From the NCBI GenBank assembly GCA_963841015.1, contig CAWJAX010000005.1, positions 32,001 through 96,000 on the forward strand: a stretch of 64,000 nt of DNA. Direction: 5' to 3'. The first letter of the stretch is position 1. Each line of letters opens with the position of its first letter. A model generated the notes under the pieces. That model did not search any database, was not told the origin of the DNA, and saw only the letters and a list, made by a program, of their open reading frames with translations. This document shows, one piece after another, positions 35,618 through 47,672 of this stretch. A program made the position numbers and the translations under genes. This DNA is from an uncultured Methanoregulaceae archaeon. GTDB lineage: Archaea > Halobacteriota > Methanomicrobia > Methanomicrobiales > Methanospirillaceae.

Positions 35618-36583
35618 CTAATAGCTCCGGGTCACAAAAAATTCGCCAATTTCCATCAGGAGTTCCCGCTCCTTTGAGGGGGGAAGCAGGGAAAGATGCT
35701 TGTTACTGGAAAAAACCAGGTCGTGTGCAACATTTTTCACATCGGCAAGGACACCTTTGTCGTTCAGCTCTTTGATCACCGCATCTATCTCAGCATCAGT
35801 GAGCTCACGTTTGTAGGGTAACAAGTCGATCCCTTTCTCGCGTGCCTTGATCATAATCAGCGTCTGTTTTCCTTCCCGCAGATCAGAAGCCCGGTTCTTT
35901 CCGCTCTTTTCAGCCGGGGTTAACAGATCAATAAGATCGTCCTGTATCTGGAACGCAATCCCGGTATTCAGCCCGAAAAGGTAGAGTGCTTTTGCCTGGT
36001 GTGCGGTGCTCCCTGCAAGAATTGCACCAATTCCCGCAGCTGCAGCATACAGAACCCCGGTTTTTTTCTTCACCATTTCGAGATATTCATACTCGTCTAC
36101 ATCATTCCGGTGCGCAAAGGACATGTCCATATGCTGTCCTTCGCAGATATCGGCACAGGCACGGGCAAGCATCGACACTGCACGAACCTTTGCATTATCC
36201 TGAGCCTTTGCCAGACAGATGAACTCAAACGCCCGGGCATACAGAACGTCACCGGCAAGGATCCCGGTGGGCATATCCCATTTCGTATGGACGGTCTGGA
36301 CTCCGCGCCGGAGATTATCTTCATCCATGATATCATCATGGATAAGCGTAAACGTGTGCGTGAGCTCCAGCGCAAGCGCTGCCTGGATAATATCACCGGA
36401 ACTTCCCTTTTTTACCGCATCTGCAGCGAGCATGACGACCGCCGGGCGAAGGCGTTTCCCCCCGGCAGCGAGAAGGTGAGCACTCGCTTTGTTCAGTTCA
36501 CCAACCTTGTCGATAAAATACCGGTCGATCATGAGGTCAATTTCCTGAGCGACCGATTCCAGATACGGTAAAAGTTCTGACAT
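35618..36583 (-). CDS. idsA: Geranylgeranyl diphosphate synthase
   Basis: GGKRLRP, LIHDDIMD..RRG, FQIQDDLID. Confidence 0.92.
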   Translation of the reverse strand: MSELLPYLESVAQEIDLMIDRYFIDKVGELNKASAHLLAAGGKRLRPAVVMLAADAVKKGSSGDIIQAALALELTHTFTLIHDDIMDEDNLRRGVQTVHTKWDMPTGILAGDVLYARAFEFICLAKAQDNAKVRAVSMLARACADICEGQHMDMSFAHRNDVDEYEYLEMVKKKTGVLYAAAAGIGAILAGSTAHQAKALYLFGLNTGIAFQIQDDLIDLLTPAEKSGKNRASDLREGKQTLIMIKAREKGIDLLPYKRELTDAEIDAVIKELNDKGVLADVKNVAHDLVFSSNKHLSLLPPSKERELLMEIGEFFVTRSY

Positions 36584-36598
36584 TCTGTGTTCCTCGTT

Positions 36599-37937
36599 CT
36601 AGGTGAGTCTGAGCCTCTGGCCGTTTTTCATCATATGGACGGTGGAATGGGCAGTGTAGCCAAGTTCAGATGCAAAGTCTGTGTAACCTGCTGTCATCTT
36701 CAGGTGACCGTGTGCCGGGATGATATGCTGGGGATTGAGCAGGTGAATAAACTCATAATGGTCCTCGCGGTAGGCATGACCACTTACGTGAAGATCCTCA
36801 AAGATACGGGCTCCGGCCATTTTTAAGTGCTGTTCGATCTTGTAGCGCTGTCCGAAATTCATCGGGTTGGGGATCACATTTGCCGAGAAGAGAACCTTGT
36901 CGCCCTTGGTCAACTGGTAGGGTGTATCACCGAGTGCAAGACGGGTGAGGATAGAGCCGGGTTCCCCCTGGTGTCCGGTAATAATGGGCACAAACTTATC
37001 TTTCCCCGCCTTCATCATCCGGCGCATCGTCCGATCGACTGTCCGGCGGTTCCCGAACACACTGGTAGTTTCTGGGAACGAGACGAGTTTCATCTGTTCA
37101 GCAGTTACCGAGTATTTCTCCATGGAGCGTCCAAGCAGCACCGGTTTTCTCCCTATTTCATGGGCACATTCTGCTATCGTCTTGACACGGGCAATATGCG
37201 ATGAGAATGTGGAAACAAGAATTGCATTCTTGTCGTCCTCGAAACTGGTGATGGTGTCCCGAACGAGATCCTTGGCGATCCGCTCACTGGGACACCTTCC
37301 CGGGCGATCGATATAGGTACTTTCCACGATAAGGGCTATTACACCTTCTTTGCCGATCTGCCTGAGCCGGGCAAAATCCGGGGGTTGCCCTATCACCGGT
37401 GTCCGGTCAAGTTTAAAGTCACATGCGTAGACAATCGCACCCTGCGGGGTATGAAGTACCGGAGTTACTGTATCAATGATCGAATGCTGTGTGTGAACAA
37501 ACTCCAGAACGAGGTTCTGGGAAAGGGTATACCGCTGACCTGCCTTAAGCGCGAAGAGTCTTGTTGTTCACCCCGAATTTCTGTTCACCGGATATCTGTT
37601 GACGGATCAATTCCGTTGCATAGGGGGTTGCGATGATCGGTGCATTATACCGGTGCGCCAGTTTCGGGATTGCCCCGATATGGTCAAGGTGCCCGTGTGA
37701 GCAGACAATCGCCTTTACGGTTCCCTCGACCGAATTCATCATTGTATCATCGGGTATCGCCTTAATCTTGATCAGATCAAGGGAGTGCATATTCTCGATC
37801 TCCGCATCTTCGTGGATCATTACCTGGTCCAGGCGGAGTCCCATATCAAATATGACAATTTCCTTTCCGCAGCGGACAGCGGTCATATTTCGCCCGACCT
37901 CGTCATACCCGCCCACTGCTATAATCTCAATATCCAT
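36599..37937 (-). CDS. rnj: Ribonuclease J (apparent frameshift at about 37560)
   Basis: [36 protein letters not shown]. Confidence 0.92.
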
Positions 37938-37993
37938 GTTTTATCTCCTTGTTGTTCGTGTTAGTGTGTTTCTTTGAAATATGTGCCGGTTTC

Positions 37994-39088
37994 TTATGTT
38001 CGCCTGATGCGAGCCGGATTGTCCTTTTCTATCATCTGCCGGGTTCTGCCCAGAATAAACATTCTTGTCTTTTTAAGATCGGCTGGATGTGCTGAGCCGG
38101 TCAGGAACATTGCAGCGGTCAGTTGCTGGTGGATTCCCTCAATCGTACGACCCAGTGCCTCATCACTATCCATTGCAGGTTTTAAGAGAGGCAGTGCCAT
38201 TCCGCAGAGATCCGCGCCAAGTGCCAGTGCCTTGGCAATATCAAGACCTGACCTGATGCCTCCGGATGCGATTACCGGGCCACCACATGCAAGCACTTCG
38301 GCAAGACTAACTACCGTTGGGATCCCCCATTCGATAAAATCTTTTCCGAGCGTTTTTAATCGTTTGTCGTGTTCATTTCCGCTTTCGTCTGCGCGGACAC
38401 TCTCTACTGCAGCCCATGAGGTTCCACCCCAGCCACCGATATCAATGGCATTCACTCCCGCTCCCCAGCATTGTCTCGCCGTATCTGCCGAAATGCCACA
38501 GCCGGTTTCTTTAATGATGACCGGGGTACGGAAATCCCGGCAGAGTTCTCCGATGGCGGCCAGGCAGCCAAGAGCATTTTGATCTCCCTCGGGCTGGATC
38601 GCCTCCTGCAGGAAATTCAGGTGGATTGCAATTGCATCCGCCTCAACCATCTCAACAGCCCTCTCCGCCCATTCAATGCCATGGTCACGGAGCTGGACAA
38701 CACCGAGATTTGCCACCAGGAATGCATGGGGGGCCTCATCACGGACTATTGAGAAGGTGTCTGCAAGAGAAGGATTCTCGAGTGCAGCCCGTTGTGAGCC
38801 GACTCCCATCCCAATCCCGAAGCGTTCCGCAGCCCGGGCAAGACGGGCATTCACTTCTTTTGTTCCGGGGTGACCCCCGGTCATAGCCGAGATAAACAGG
38901 GGGGAAGAGAATGTGCGGTTCAGGAACCGGGCGGTAAGATCGATAGTCCCCATGTCACATTCCGGTAAGGCATTATGCACAAACCGGATATCGCCAAACC
39001 CCGTATCGCCACTCTCAACCGCTGTATCTGCACAGATCCTCAGGTGGTCAAGTTTGCGCAACGATGTGAACCTTTTTTTATCTCCCAT
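37994..39088 (-). CDS. fni: Type 2 isopentenyl-diphosphate isomerase
   Basis: RKLDHL, AMTGG, GVGSQR, HLNFLQE, KETGCG, GGTSW. Confidence 0.96.
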   Translation of the reverse strand: MGDKKRFTSLRKLDHLRICADTAVESGDTGFGDIRFVHNALPECDMGTIDLTARFLNRTFSSPLFISAMTGGHPGTKEVNARLARAAERFGIGMGVGSQRAALENPSLADTFSIVRDEAPHAFLVANLGVVQLRDHGIEWAERAVEMVEADAIAIHLNFLQEAIQPEGDQNALGCLAAIGELCRDFRTPVIIKETGCGISADTARQCWGAGVNAIDIGGWGGTSWAAVESVRADESGNEHDKRLKTLGKDFIEWGIPTVVSLAEVLACGGPVIASGGIRSGLDIAKALALGADLCGMALPLLKPAMDSDEALGRTIEGIHQQLTAAMFLTGSAHPADLKKTRMFILGRTRQMIEKDNPARIRRT

Positions 39089-39093
39089 ACTGG

Positions 39094-39849
39094 TTAGTCC
39101 CCTTTGATTTTTGTCCCGCCATGATCGGTTCCTGCAAGAAAGTCACCGATACGCGAGACATGGAATATATCGGACCCGATCCCTGCAGATGCAAGTCCGA
39201 GCAATTCATTCATTTTCCCTCTCATTCCACCGGTGACATCGGTATGCATCGAGTTGCCGATCTGGAGTGATGGTGCCGTTTTTCTGGTAATTTCCGGCAC
39301 CACGTGCCCTCCATCCAGCACTCCCGGTACATCGGTGGCGAGCCCCACGCGATCGATTTTGAGTGCGACCGCGAGATACCGCACGAGCTGGTCGCCCGAT
39401 ACGATGCAGGCCCCACGTGAAAGGTCCATCACCACGTCACCGTGGATCACAGGAACCATTTTGAGTGAAAGCATCTTTTCCAGATGCCGGTATTCAAAGG
39501 TAACGAGCCTGCCATTATCCGCTACCGCCGTATGAAGCGGATGAACACCGATAGCAGCTACTCCTTTTTCACGGAGAGCCTCAACAACCGCATCGTTCAA
39601 CCTGCTGACCGCACGATGGGTAACATAGATTCCTTCGGTCTCCCCTGCGGCTGCTCCCTCATCAAGCCGGTAGTGTTTTGCTTCCGGGTGCCCACATGAA
39701 CCGGCTCCGTGAATAAGAACAATGCCGCTGGTGCCGGCACGGGAAATCGCTGATGCAATGGATAACAGCTGATCGTGGTTAACAGCACAGTCGGTTTTCT
39801 TATCAGTGATTATGCTCCCGCCGAGCTTCAGGAGGAGTCGGTCAGACAT
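39094..39849 (-). CDS. ipk: Isopentenyl phosphate kinase
   Basis: KLGGSIITDK, HGAGSCGH, SGD, DVTGGM; lies between mvk and fni. Confidence 0.93.
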   Translation of the reverse strand: MSDRLLLKLGGSIITDKKTDCAVNHDQLLSIASAISRAGTSGIVLIHGAGSCGHPEAKHYRLDEGAAAGETEGIYVTHRAVSRLNDAVVEALREKGVAAIGVHPLHTAVADNGRLVTFEYRHLEKMLSLKMVPVIHGDVVMDLSRGACIVSGDQLVRYLAVALKIDRVGLATDVPGVLDGGHVVPEITRKTAPSLQIGNSMHTDVTGGMRGKMNELLGLASAGIGSDIFHVSRIGDFLAGTDHGGTKIKGD

Positions 39850-40711
39850 CCTTTTCCTTCCTTGCACCTTCAGTGTCAATTCCCGTCACAATCGCACGGG
39901 CTTCACAGTCCTCAATCGCACCGGCAATCCGCATCTTCAGATGCTTTGGGCAGAGAGCAATCATGCACCCCCCTCCACCAGCACCCGTGATTTTAGCTCC
40001 AAATGCACCTTGTGCCCGGGCAGCAAGCACAATCCTGGAGAGTTGCGGGTGACCTACCCCCAGTGCTTCGAGCAGCGCGTGGTTCATGTCCATATATCGC
40101 CCCAGTTCCTTAGGGTTACTGAGATGATGGATTGCGCTCATACTCACTCCCTGAATGGCATCGAGGATCGGGTCCACGATACCGGGATGTTTCTTTTTTA
40201 AGTCTCCGACCAGTTCCACCATCTTTGCGGTGCTATGTGAGACAAGCGAATCACCGATAACAAGGTGCATATTCTGCGGAGGGAGCCTCCTGCGGGAGCC
40301 CCCCGTGATAAGGACAATCCCGCCATACATCGAAACAGTAGTATCCGTGGGGCTCGCCCTCCCCTTCTGCACTTTTTTCTCTATCTCAAATGCCATATCA
40401 GCGATATCTTCACGGGTTTTATGCAGGGAAAACTCATCGTTGATTGCCGAGAGCGTTGCAACCGTGACAGCTGCTGATGAGCCCAGACCTGATGAACTCG
40501 GTATCTGGGAGTTTATATAGACACTGCCAAGGACTCCCATTGCCTCAAAACACCCGTCTATATAGGGTGACTTTGCGCGCTGAGGGCGTTTGGTGTTTCT
40601 GACTGTAACAAACACACGGGGTTTTATCGCCATCGCTATTCCGGGCTTTCCGTATACCACCGCATGCTCACCGAACAAAAATACCTTGCCCGGTGCACTC
40701 CATGTTGCCAA
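39842..40711 (-). CDS. mvk: Mevalonate kinase
   Basis: PGKVFLFGEHAVVYG, GLGSSAA, KITGAGGGG. Confidence 0.96.
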   Translation of the reverse strand: MATWSAPGKVFLFGEHAVVYGKPGIAMAIKPRVFVTVRNTKRPQRAKSPYIDGCFEAMGVLGSVYINSQIPSSSGLGSSAAVTVATLSAINDEFSLHKTREDIADMAFEIEKKVQKGRASPTDTTVSMYGGIVLITGGSRRRLPPQNMHLVIGDSLVSHSTAKMVELVGDLKKKHPGIVDPILDAIQGVSMSAIHHLSNPKELGRYMDMNHALLEALGVGHPQLSRIVLAARAQGAFGAKITGAGGGGCMIALCPKHLKMRIAGAIEDCEARAIVTGIDTEGARKEKDV

Positions 40712-40712
40712 C

Positions 40713-41501
40713 CTACATCACCGCAATGGCTGCATACCCAACGACTTCGCGACGGTCCCCCGTCACATCGCCACTTGTCGCATACCGTATAAGCTGTGCC
40801 GTCTTCGCCCCGAGTTTTCCGCATGCTGTTACCATGGCGGCAATCGGGCCATATCCACAGGCTGATACATCCCGTTCCTCAATCCGACGGTAAAACTCCA
40901 CTACATCAAGAGAGTTTAATGGTTCAATCGCATAGAGATCATCGGATTTTGCCTTTTTTTCCTGCACATAGTGGGAGAAATCGCTCGACGCTACGATCCG
41001 GACATCACGTTTTGAGAGTTTGATCGCGGTTCCGATCTTCTCTGCAAGTCCCATCGCACTTGCATAGTCCTGCTGCCCCATCATCACCGGGGCAATCCGT
41101 GCCCGGGGGAAGCGGTACTTGATGAAAGGCATCTGCACTTCAAGCGAGTGTTCGTCGCGATGAGAGAATTCGTCCGTTTCGATATCGAGCAATTCGACAA
41201 ACTCAACATCTGTATCTACCATACCCAGGGGTGTTTCCCACGGGACCTTCGAAACACAGTTGATGTAACCACGATGAGATGGGCCAATTACAATAAAAGT
41301 GCCAGAAAAATCAGGTGAGATCGTGGAGAACGCCTGAGCGGCAACCTCCCCGGAATAAATATACCCTGCATGGGGGGACACAATGCCTAGGGAGCTGCCC
41401 GCCTTGCGGCTCACCGAGAAGAACTTCTCCAGGAGCTGCTCGAGGTGGGATGGATCCCTTGGATAAAACATGCCAGCCACTGCGCATGTACGCATCGTCA
41501 T
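40713..41501 (-). CDS. MEMO1-family protein
   Basis: VAGMFYP, PHAGYIYSG, EHSLEVQ, SSDFSHY, VVGY. Confidence 0.93.
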   Translation of the reverse strand: MTMRTCAVAGMFYPRDPSHLEQLLEKFFSVSRKAGSSLGIVSPHAGYIYSGEVAAQAFSTISPDFSGTFIVIGPSHRGYINCVSKVPWETPLGMVDTDVEFVELLDIETDEFSHRDEHSLEVQMPFIKYRFPRARIAPVMMGQQDYASAMGLAEKIGTAIKLSKRDVRIVASSDFSHYVQEKKAKSDDLYAIEPLNSLDVVEFYRRIEERDVSACGYGPIAAMVTACGKLGAKTAQLIRYATSGDVTGDRREVVGYAAIAVM

Positions 41502-41567
41502 CGGATCAACCCTCTGGTCGTTATATTATATCTAACGATCGGTCATCCAAAAAGGAGACCGGCCGGA

Positions 41568-42179
41568 TCAGAGTTCCATTTCGAAGTCTTCCGGGGTAAG
41601 TGCTGTTGAGATCCCACGAAGACGGAGCATCTCCCTGGTGAGCAGGAAATAGATCATCGACAATGCTTTCCGGCCCTTGTTGTTGGTGGGGATTACCAGG
41701 TCCACGTACTTGGTCATATTGTTGGTGTCGCACAACGCAACTACCGGAATCCCGCACTGAACTGCTTCATTTATTACCTGAGCATCACCAATCGGGTCGG
41801 TGACTACGACTACCTGGGGCTCGATGTATCCATCGAGTACCGGGTTGGTAAGCAATCCTGGGATAAACCGTCCGGTTGCCGACATTGCGCCGATTGTATC
41901 GGCTAATTTCCTGGCTGGGTACTGTCCGTACTGCCTTGAAGTGACAACGAGAATATTTGGGGCCTCGTACTGGTTTAGGAATTTCGCTGCGGTCTTGATC
42001 CGTGAGTCCGTCTCGCGGATGTCAAGGATGTAGAGTCCATCACCGCGGACGCGGTAGATGAACTTCTTCATGTCCTCGCTCTTCTGTTGTGTACCGATGT
42101 GGACACCGGCTGCAAGGTATTCCTCGACAGGGATGAGCGGTTCTTTTAATTCAATTTCCATCTCGTTTACAATGGTCAT
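41568..42179 (-). CDS. rps2: 30S ribosomal protein S2
   Basis: [27 protein letters not shown]. Confidence 0.97.
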   Translation of the reverse strand: MTIVNEMEIELKEPLIPVEEYLAAGVHIGTQQKSEDMKKFIYRVRGDGLYILDIRETDSRIKTAAKFLNQYEAPNILVVTSRQYGQYPARKLADTIGAMSATGRFIPGLLTNPVLDGYIEPQVVVVTDPIGDAQVINEAVQCGIPVVALCDTNNMTKYVDLVIPTNNKGRKALSMIYFLLTREMLRLRGISTALTPEDFEMEL

Positions 42180-43363
42180 AGCTGTTCCTCAATACGTATC
42201 AGTTCATTCAGTTTTGCAATGCGTTCTCCCCCAACAATACCGCATTTTAAGAAAATACAGGAGAATGCAGTTGCGAGGTGGGCGATTGTTGTATCAGTTG
42301 TCTCACCGGACCGGTGGCTCATTACGGTATCCAGGCCACGGGTATGGGAAAGTCGGACCGCATCGAACGTGTCAGTCAGAGTCCCGACCTGGTTGGGTTT
42401 TATAAGCACGCAGTTAGCTGCGTTCATTTCGATACCCTGATGAATGCGGTCGACCTGCGTCACAAAGATGTCATCTCCGCAGATGAGGCACCGGTCTCCT
42501 ACCTGACTGGTGAGCTCAGCAAACCCGTCAAAGTCATCTTCGTGAAGCGGATCTTCCACATACACAAGATCATAGCTGTCAATAAGCTCAGCAATGTACG
42601 CGATCTGGTCTTCCGTAGTGCGAACCTTTTCGCGGTACGTGTATCCTTCTCCGTTCCACATCTGGCTGGCAGCAACATCTATTCCCATATCGACAGATAT
42701 GTTCATCTCATCAGCAACAATTCCGGTCGCCTCGGCAATGAGCTCAAATGCAAGGGCATCATCGATCTGTGGAGCCCAGGCACCCTCATCACCCTTGCCG
42801 CAGGATTTCCCGTGTTTTGCCAGGAGTTCCCTGACATTCCGGTGAACCGCAGCGTTTGCAAGCACTGCCTCTTCTGCATCCGTGGCATCCCCGGGAACGA
42901 CAAGGAATTCCTGGATCTCGGTAGAGTTTGCGGCATGCGCACCTCCGCCGATTACATTCCCCAGGGGGAGTGGCATCTCATTTACGAACGCTCCGCCAAG
43001 ATAGCGGAAGAGTGCAACCCCCATAGATGATGAAGCTGCCTTTGCGTTTGCCAGAGAGAGCGCTACGGCAATGTTTGCACCGATTTCGGCGAAGTTTGCC
43101 GTCCCGTCTATGTCGCGGAGCTGCTCATCAAATCCCTGCTGGTCTCCTGCATCCAGACCGATAAGTGCAGGAATTACATTCTGGACCGCATACTCTACAG
43201 CTTCTTTGGGGGGTTTGACCTTTGCTTCCAGCGTGCCGGTACTCGCACCACTGGGAGCTGCAGACCTGCCAAAACCGCCGGGGGTATGGATGTCGGCTTC
43301 GACAGTCATGTTGCCACGGCTGTCGAGGATAGTCCGTAGCTCGATTACCTCAATTGTTGTCAT
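42176..43363 (-). CDS. eno: Enolase
   Basis: [33 protein letters not shown]. Confidence 0.97.
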   Translation of the reverse strand: MTTIEVIELRTILDSRGNMTVEADIHTPGGFGRSAAPSGASTGTLEAKVKPPKEAVEYAVQNVIPALIGLDAGDQQGFDEQLRDIDGTANFAEIGANIAVALSLANAKAASSSMGVALFRYLGGAFVNEMPLPLGNVIGGGAHAANSTEIQEFLVVPGDATDAEEAVLANAAVHRNVRELLAKHGKSCGKGDEGAWAPQIDDALAFELIAEATGIVADEMNISVDMGIDVAASQMWNGEGYTYREKVRTTEDQIAYIAELIDSYDLVYVEDPLHEDDFDGFAELTSQVGDRCLICGDDIFVTQVDRIHQGIEMNAANCVLIKPNQVGTLTDTFDAVRLSHTRGLDTVMSHRSGETTDTTIAHLATAFSCIFLKCGIVGGERIAKLNELIRIEEQL

Positions 43364-43371
43364 CGTTTCCT

Positions 43372-43545
43372 CTACTTCCTCTTTACCGTAATGGGGATGG
43401 TGTTGTTGTTGTATTCCTCAATGGCGATCTCCAGTGGATCGATCCGTGTCGTAGTGATAAGTAAGGGAGCACCCATTGATATCTGCAGAGCCCTTGCTCC
43501 AATAATCCTCGCCCGTTCATACCGGGTGTATGTCTGCGTCTGCAT
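43372..43545 (-). CDS. rpoK: RNA polymerase subunit K (Rpo6)
   Basis: Manual translation [27 protein letters not shown]...IPITVKRK (57 aa); not in the ORF track. Confidence 0.95.
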   Translation of the reverse strand: MQTQTYTRYERARIIGARALQISMGAPLLITTTRIDPLEIAIEEYNNNTIPITVKRK

Positions 43546-43581
43546 TTTTCGTCCTCAAAATGATGGTTTTTACAGTTACTA

Positions 43582-43656
43582 TGGGGTCGCTGAGATTCGA
43601 ACTCAGGTCACTGCGTCCCGAACGCAATAGGATGGTCCAGGCTACCCTACGACCCC
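43582..43656 (-). tRNA. tRNA-Pro(CGG)
   Basis: Acceptor GGGGTCG/CGACCCC, anticodon arm TTGCG-TTCGGGA-CGCAG, T loop TTCGAAT. Confidence 0.96.
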
Positions 43657-43672
43657 TCGGTCTTATGTCAAT

Positions 43673-43861
43673 CTACTGGTACGGGTTGAGCTCATCAATG
43701 ATCTCTTTATGGGTCAGGAGCATCCGCCTGCAGCAGTACCGGGAAATATTAAGATCGTCGAGGATCTTTTTAGGATCCTCGCCTTTCTCCCGTCTCAGCT
43801 TGAACTCTTCCCACGCTGTTGAGACTGGTTTCCCACAGGTGAAACATCGAACGGGTATCAA
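43673..43861 (-). CDS. rpoN: RNA polymerase subunit N (Rpo10)
   Basis: [11 protein letters not shown]...RYCCRRM. Confidence 0.97.
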   Translation of the reverse strand: MIPVRCFTCGKPVSTAWEEFKLRREKGEDPKKILDDLNISRYCCRRMLLTHKEIIDELNPYQ

Positions 43862-43891
43862 GATTTTTTACCTCTCATCATATCTTTTATC

Positions 43892-44293
43892 TTAACGATA
43901 AGACTTTTGGAATTTCTTGCGTGCTCCACGGCCGTGCGGTTTCTTTGCTTCTTTCTGCCGCGAGTCGTTGACAAGGAGCGTCCTGTCATAGGTAAGATAG
44001 ATATCCTTAATCTGGGGATCGTTGTGCCACAGAAGGATACCACGTGCAAGTGCAGTGCGGATTGCTTCTGCCTGCCCCATAACACCGCCACCTGCGACAT
44101 CGATGATCACATCAATGCCGTGTATCGCTTTGGGTACAAGAAGCAGCGGTTCTGATATCTTCATCCGTGTAACTTCGCTGCCATAGGTCTCGAGCGGTAC
44201 AGAGTTGACCCGGATCATGCCTTTCCCTGCCTTCAGGGTTGCACGTGCGATTGCTGTCTTGCGTTTTCCACTTGTGTTTATGATCTTTACCAT
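43892..44293 (-). CDS. rps9: 30S ribosomal protein S9
   Basis: SGKRKTAIARA...GARKKFQKSYR. Confidence 0.97.
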   Translation of the reverse strand: MVKIINTSGKRKTAIARATLKAGKGMIRVNSVPLETYGSEVTRMKISEPLLLVPKAIHGIDVIIDVAGGGVMGQAEAIRTALARGILLWHNDPQIKDIYLTYDRTLLVNDSRQKEAKKPHGRGARKKFQKSYR

Positions 44294-44303
44294 GGGGAAC
44301 ACC

Positions 44304-44732
44304 TTAGAATTTCGCTCCGAGGAACGTGCATACTGCACCGAGCGTTACAAATGCCGGGTTGTTCAGCCGGTTCATGTGGGCGTCTTCGAGCACTTCCATC
44401 TCTTTTCCGACAAATTCTACCGGAACACCGACATAGCACCTGATGCGTTTCATGGCATCGACACCACGGGGGCGTTTGTACGGGATCATGCCACGGATAG
44501 TCCGCTTCATGAGATGATCGGGCCGTCGTGGGACGAACGGTCCCCAGCGGTTGCCGCTGGCGCCGCGTTCCACCTTGTGCCGGTAGTTGGCAAGCACACG
44601 TGCACGACTACCGGAGATGATGGCTTTCTCTGCGTTGACAATCGCAATCTCTTCACCGGCAAGTCCGCGCTGCGCGACAAGGCTTGCAAGCCGTCCAAGA
44701 AGCAATCCGTCACCGTTGATTATTGTAACCAT
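44304..44732 (-). CDS. rpl13: 50S ribosomal protein L13
   Basis: [23 protein letters not shown]. Confidence 0.96.
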   Translation of the reverse strand: MVTIINGDGLLLGRLASLVAQRGLAGEEIAIVNAEKAIISGSRARVLANYRHKVERGASGNRWGPFVPRRPDHLMKRTIRGMIPYKRPRGVDAMKRIRCYVGVPVEFVGKEMEVLEDAHMNRLNNPAFVTLGAVCTFLGAKF

Positions 44733-44739
44733 GTTTTGT

Positions 44740-45105
44740 TCACCTCAGGATACGGACACCGCTGCCTTTCGGATTGTCCAAAAGGAGTTGTTCGATCGAC
44801 ATACACTGTCCCTTTGCGTCCCTGATCTTGCTGGTGGCTGATGCCGAGAAGTTCAAGGCTGCAACCTTCACAGACTGCTCCAGTACACCGCTGCCCAGTA
44901 CTTTTCCGGGAACAATGATTGTCTCACCATTCTGGGCATAGCGATTGATCTTGGACAGGTTGACCTCGGCGTAATTCCTGTTCGGGGTCTCCAGCCTGCT
45001 TGCGATCTCGCGCCAGATCTTTGCCTCATTCTCCCGTGAATTATTCTTCAGGAGCGCTATAAGGTTGGTAAGACGGGGGTTCGTCTTTTCCACAATTCTT
45101 GTCAT
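44740..45105 (-). CDS. rpl18e: 50S ribosomal protein L18e
   Basis: [21 protein letters not shown]. Confidence 0.96.
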   Translation of the reverse strand: MTRIVEKTNPRLTNLIALLKNNSRENEAKIWREIASRLETPNRNYAEVNLSKINRYAQNGETIIVPGKVLGSGVLEQSVKVAALNFSASATSKIRDAKGQCMSIEQLLLDNPKGSGVRILR

Positions 45106-45941
45106 TTCTTCTCATCCCCTGATATCTCATTTATTTGTCTCTCCAGCTCGTCTGACTGATCCCTGATATAATGCAGTGCACGGTCCATGATCTCCTTTAC
45201 CGGTAACGAACCATCGCTCTCGACTATGAAAATATACCGGTCTGTTTCTGCAGATATGGTAATTGCCGGTTCGTCCCCGATACCGCTTTCCAGGCATGCC
45301 TTCTCACAAAGTTTGCACATGGAGCAGTCGGGAAGCTTACCGTTTACTACCCTGACTTTCTTGCCTTTTGGATCCGGTACCTCAAGAATGATACGGGGGC
45401 ATACGTCCACACAGTTCATGCAGGCATCGCAGGCTTCACTGATGGATACTACAGGATAGTTCTTGAATCCGCATACAAGTGTCGGCTGCCATTTTGCATG
45501 CTCTCTTCCGGTATTCAGGATGGCGTGTGCTTCCAGGACGAGTTTCTGACCTTTCGTGAGCTTCACGATTGGTATATTATCGTACACCGGAGCCGCATTG
45601 GGATCCTGGGAAATGAGGTCGCTTGACAGGACTGTCTTTGGACCTTCGACGCTCAACGTGAACGTAACCATACAGCCCGGGCATCCCACTCCACCGCAGG
45701 AGCATTTTTCCTTGGTCGAATAGGTTGAAAGATCTGTTTTTATGGGTATGAGCCCCAGCCGGTGTGCCAGCATCTCATCGAAGAACGCACTGGTATTGTC
45801 ATAGATACGTACATCTTCAATTGCAAGAGTCGGCACTTCACCGATCATTGCCCGCCGGAACCCATTGGCAAATGCCGGGCTCGCTCCCGAAAGAGTGAAT
45901 CGTGCCAGAGTATCATCAAGACTGCTGAATTCGATCTCCAT
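45102..45941 (-). CDS. rpoD: RNA polymerase subunit D (Rpo3) with ferredoxin-like domain
   Basis: EVPTLAIE, DEMLAHRLGLIP, HAKWQP, CxxCxxC clusters. Confidence 0.96.
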   Translation of the reverse strand: MEIEFSSLDDTLARFTLSGASPAFANGFRRAMIGEVPTLAIEDVRIYDNTSAFFDEMLAHRLGLIPIKTDLSTYSTKEKCSCGGVGCPGCMVTFTLSVEGPKTVLSSDLISQDPNAAPVYDNIPIVKLTKGQKLVLEAHAILNTGREHAKWQPTLVCGFKNYPVVSISEACDACMNCVDVCPRIILEVPDPKGKKVRVVNGKLPDCSMCKLCEKACLESGIGDEPAITISAETDRYIFIVESDGSLPVKEIMDRALHYIRDQSDELERQINEISGDEKK

Positions 45942-46339
45942 CACACTCTCCTTCCTCTCCTGCCGCCCTTTGCGCGACATGAGTCGTGAGGGACAGGGGT
46001 GACATCTTCAATACGCCCGATCCGCATCCCGGCACGGGCGAGTGCACGAATTGCTGCCTGGGCACCGGGGCCCGGGCTGCGTTGTTTACCCTGGCCTGGC
46101 GCACGCACCTTGACGTGGACCCCCACAATTCCCTTCTCGCGGGCATTCTGGGCAACGTTGCCTGCCATCTGCATTGCTGCATAGGGAGAGCCTTCGTTCC
46201 GGTCCTGCTTGACTACCATGCCACCACTGCTTTTTGTAACAGTCTCAGCACCGGAGAGATCGGTGATGGTGATGATGGTATTGTTGAACGATGCGAAAAT
46301 ATGTGCAACGCCCCACTTTTCCTTATCATTTGCTGCCAT
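45941..46339 (-). CDS. rps11: 30S ribosomal protein S11
   Basis: [30 protein letters not shown]. Confidence 0.97.
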   Translation of the reverse strand: MAANDKEKWGVAHIFASFNNTIITITDLSGAETVTKSSGGMVVKQDRNEGSPYAAMQMAGNVAQNAREKGIVGVHVKVRAPGQGKQRSPGPGAQAAIRALARAGMRIGRIEDVTPVPHDSCRAKGGRRGRRV

Positions 46340-46340
46340 C

Positions 46341-46892
46341 TTATCTCACTCCTGCTGGTTTGGTAATCCTTGACTTTTCGGGATGTGAGTCACTTAAAAA
46401 CGGGGATTTGCCGTAGTAAGCGATCTGCACCTCTTCATTCCTGTTTACACGGTAACCCGGAATAGTGACGCGCCTGCCACCAATGGCGATATGTCCATGG
46501 GTAATGAGCTGGCGTGCCTGCTTCGGGGAACGGGCAAGGCCTTTCCGGTGTACAAGGCTCTGGAGCCGGCGCTCGAGCTGAGTCTGGACTTTAAGTGCCA
46601 GTACATCTTCGATATCTGCATCCGGACCAAGCAGTCCTGATCGCTGCATGTGGGAGATCAGTTCGGTTTTCTTTGCCTCAAAAAGCGTCCTGTCAATATT
46701 GCTTGACATGAGGGCAAGAAGGTCTCGTGCTCCTTTCCGGTACTTTCTCAGGTAGCTCTGTGCTTTCCAGACTTCACGCTTGTTGCGCAGCCCGTATTCT
46801 ATAACGAGACGTGTTTCCGATTCGATCCGCGTCTTTTCAAAGGGGCGTTTGGGGGTCTGGTACGATTTATGATTCTTTCCCGGATATCCCAT
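46341..46892 (-). CDS. rps4: 30S ribosomal protein S4
   Basis: [26 protein letters not shown]. Confidence 0.97.
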   Translation of the reverse strand: MGYPGKNHKSYQTPKRPFEKTRIESETRLVIEYGLRNKREVWKAQSYLRKYRKGARDLLALMSSNIDRTLFEAKKTELISHMQRSGLLGPDADIEDVLALKVQTQLERRLQSLVHRKGLARSPKQARQLITHGHIAIGGRRVTIPGYRVNRNEEVQIAYYGKSPFLSDSHPEKSRITKPAGVR

Positions 46893-46895
46893 GGT

Positions 46896-47357
46896 TCAGC
46901 TGCCTCCTTCTTTCTTCCTCTTGACACCCACAGTCGTCCCGGTTCTTCCGGTAGACTTGGTGCGCTGCCCGCGGACTTTCTGCCCGGTCTCGTGCCGGAT
47001 ACCGCGATAGCAGCGGATCTTTCTCATGAGGTTGACGTCTTCATCCTTTGAGAGCGCTACATCGCCACCTAACAGGTGCTTTGCCTCGCCGGTGTAGGTG
47101 TCTTTTGGCCGGTTCGCCATCCATGATGGGATCTTCGATGAGTATTGTTCAACAGCGGTGCGGAGCCGGTTGACCGACTCCTCGTCAATGCGACCAAGCT
47201 GTGCGTATTCGTCGACTTTCGCCATACGGGAGATTACCGTAGAGGTATGCCTGCCTACGCCCATGATGCCGGTCAGGGCAACCCTCACCGATTTGGTTCC
47301 ATCCAGATCGGTTGTGCCTACCCTTACAAAATATTTTATGTCTTCTTCCTGAGCCAT
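46896..47357 (-). CDS. rps13: 30S ribosomal protein S13
   Basis: [22 protein letters not shown]; start MAQEED. Confidence 0.97.
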   Translation of the reverse strand: MAQEEDIKYFVRVGTTDLDGTKSVRVALTGIMGVGRHTSTVISRMAKVDEYAQLGRIDEESVNRLRTAVEQYSSKIPSWMANRPKDTYTGEAKHLLGGDVALSKDEDVNLMRKIRCYRGIRHETGQKVRGQRTKSTGRTGTTVGVKRKKEGGS

Positions 47358-47393
47358 CCAATCCCCTCGTTGTGTGAGATTTTCTCTTTTGAG

Positions 47394-47478
47394 CGCTGAG
47401 GGAGGGATTTGAACCCTCGAGTCCCAGGGGGACACAGGTTTAGCAAACCTGCGCCATACCAGGCTTGGCTACCTCAAC
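47394..47478 (-). tRNA. tRNA-Ser(GCT)
   Basis: Anticodon arm CAGGT-TTGCTAA-ACCTG, long variable arm, T loop TTCAAAT. Confidence 0.96.
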
Positions 47479-47672
47479 AGAGGAATCTCGCATCTTGTAC
47501 AGACACTCGCAGTGAATAGTCACTGCTCCATGAATGGTGCTTACTATATGGGAAGGGTCTGGTAATAAGTGTTTGGCAGAAAAAAGCACACGGCCGGTCC
47601 TGTTGCAATATCCTTACAAACATGAACGGATTCGTGTGCACCCCATTATTAGTATCTAAAGAATGATTGCAT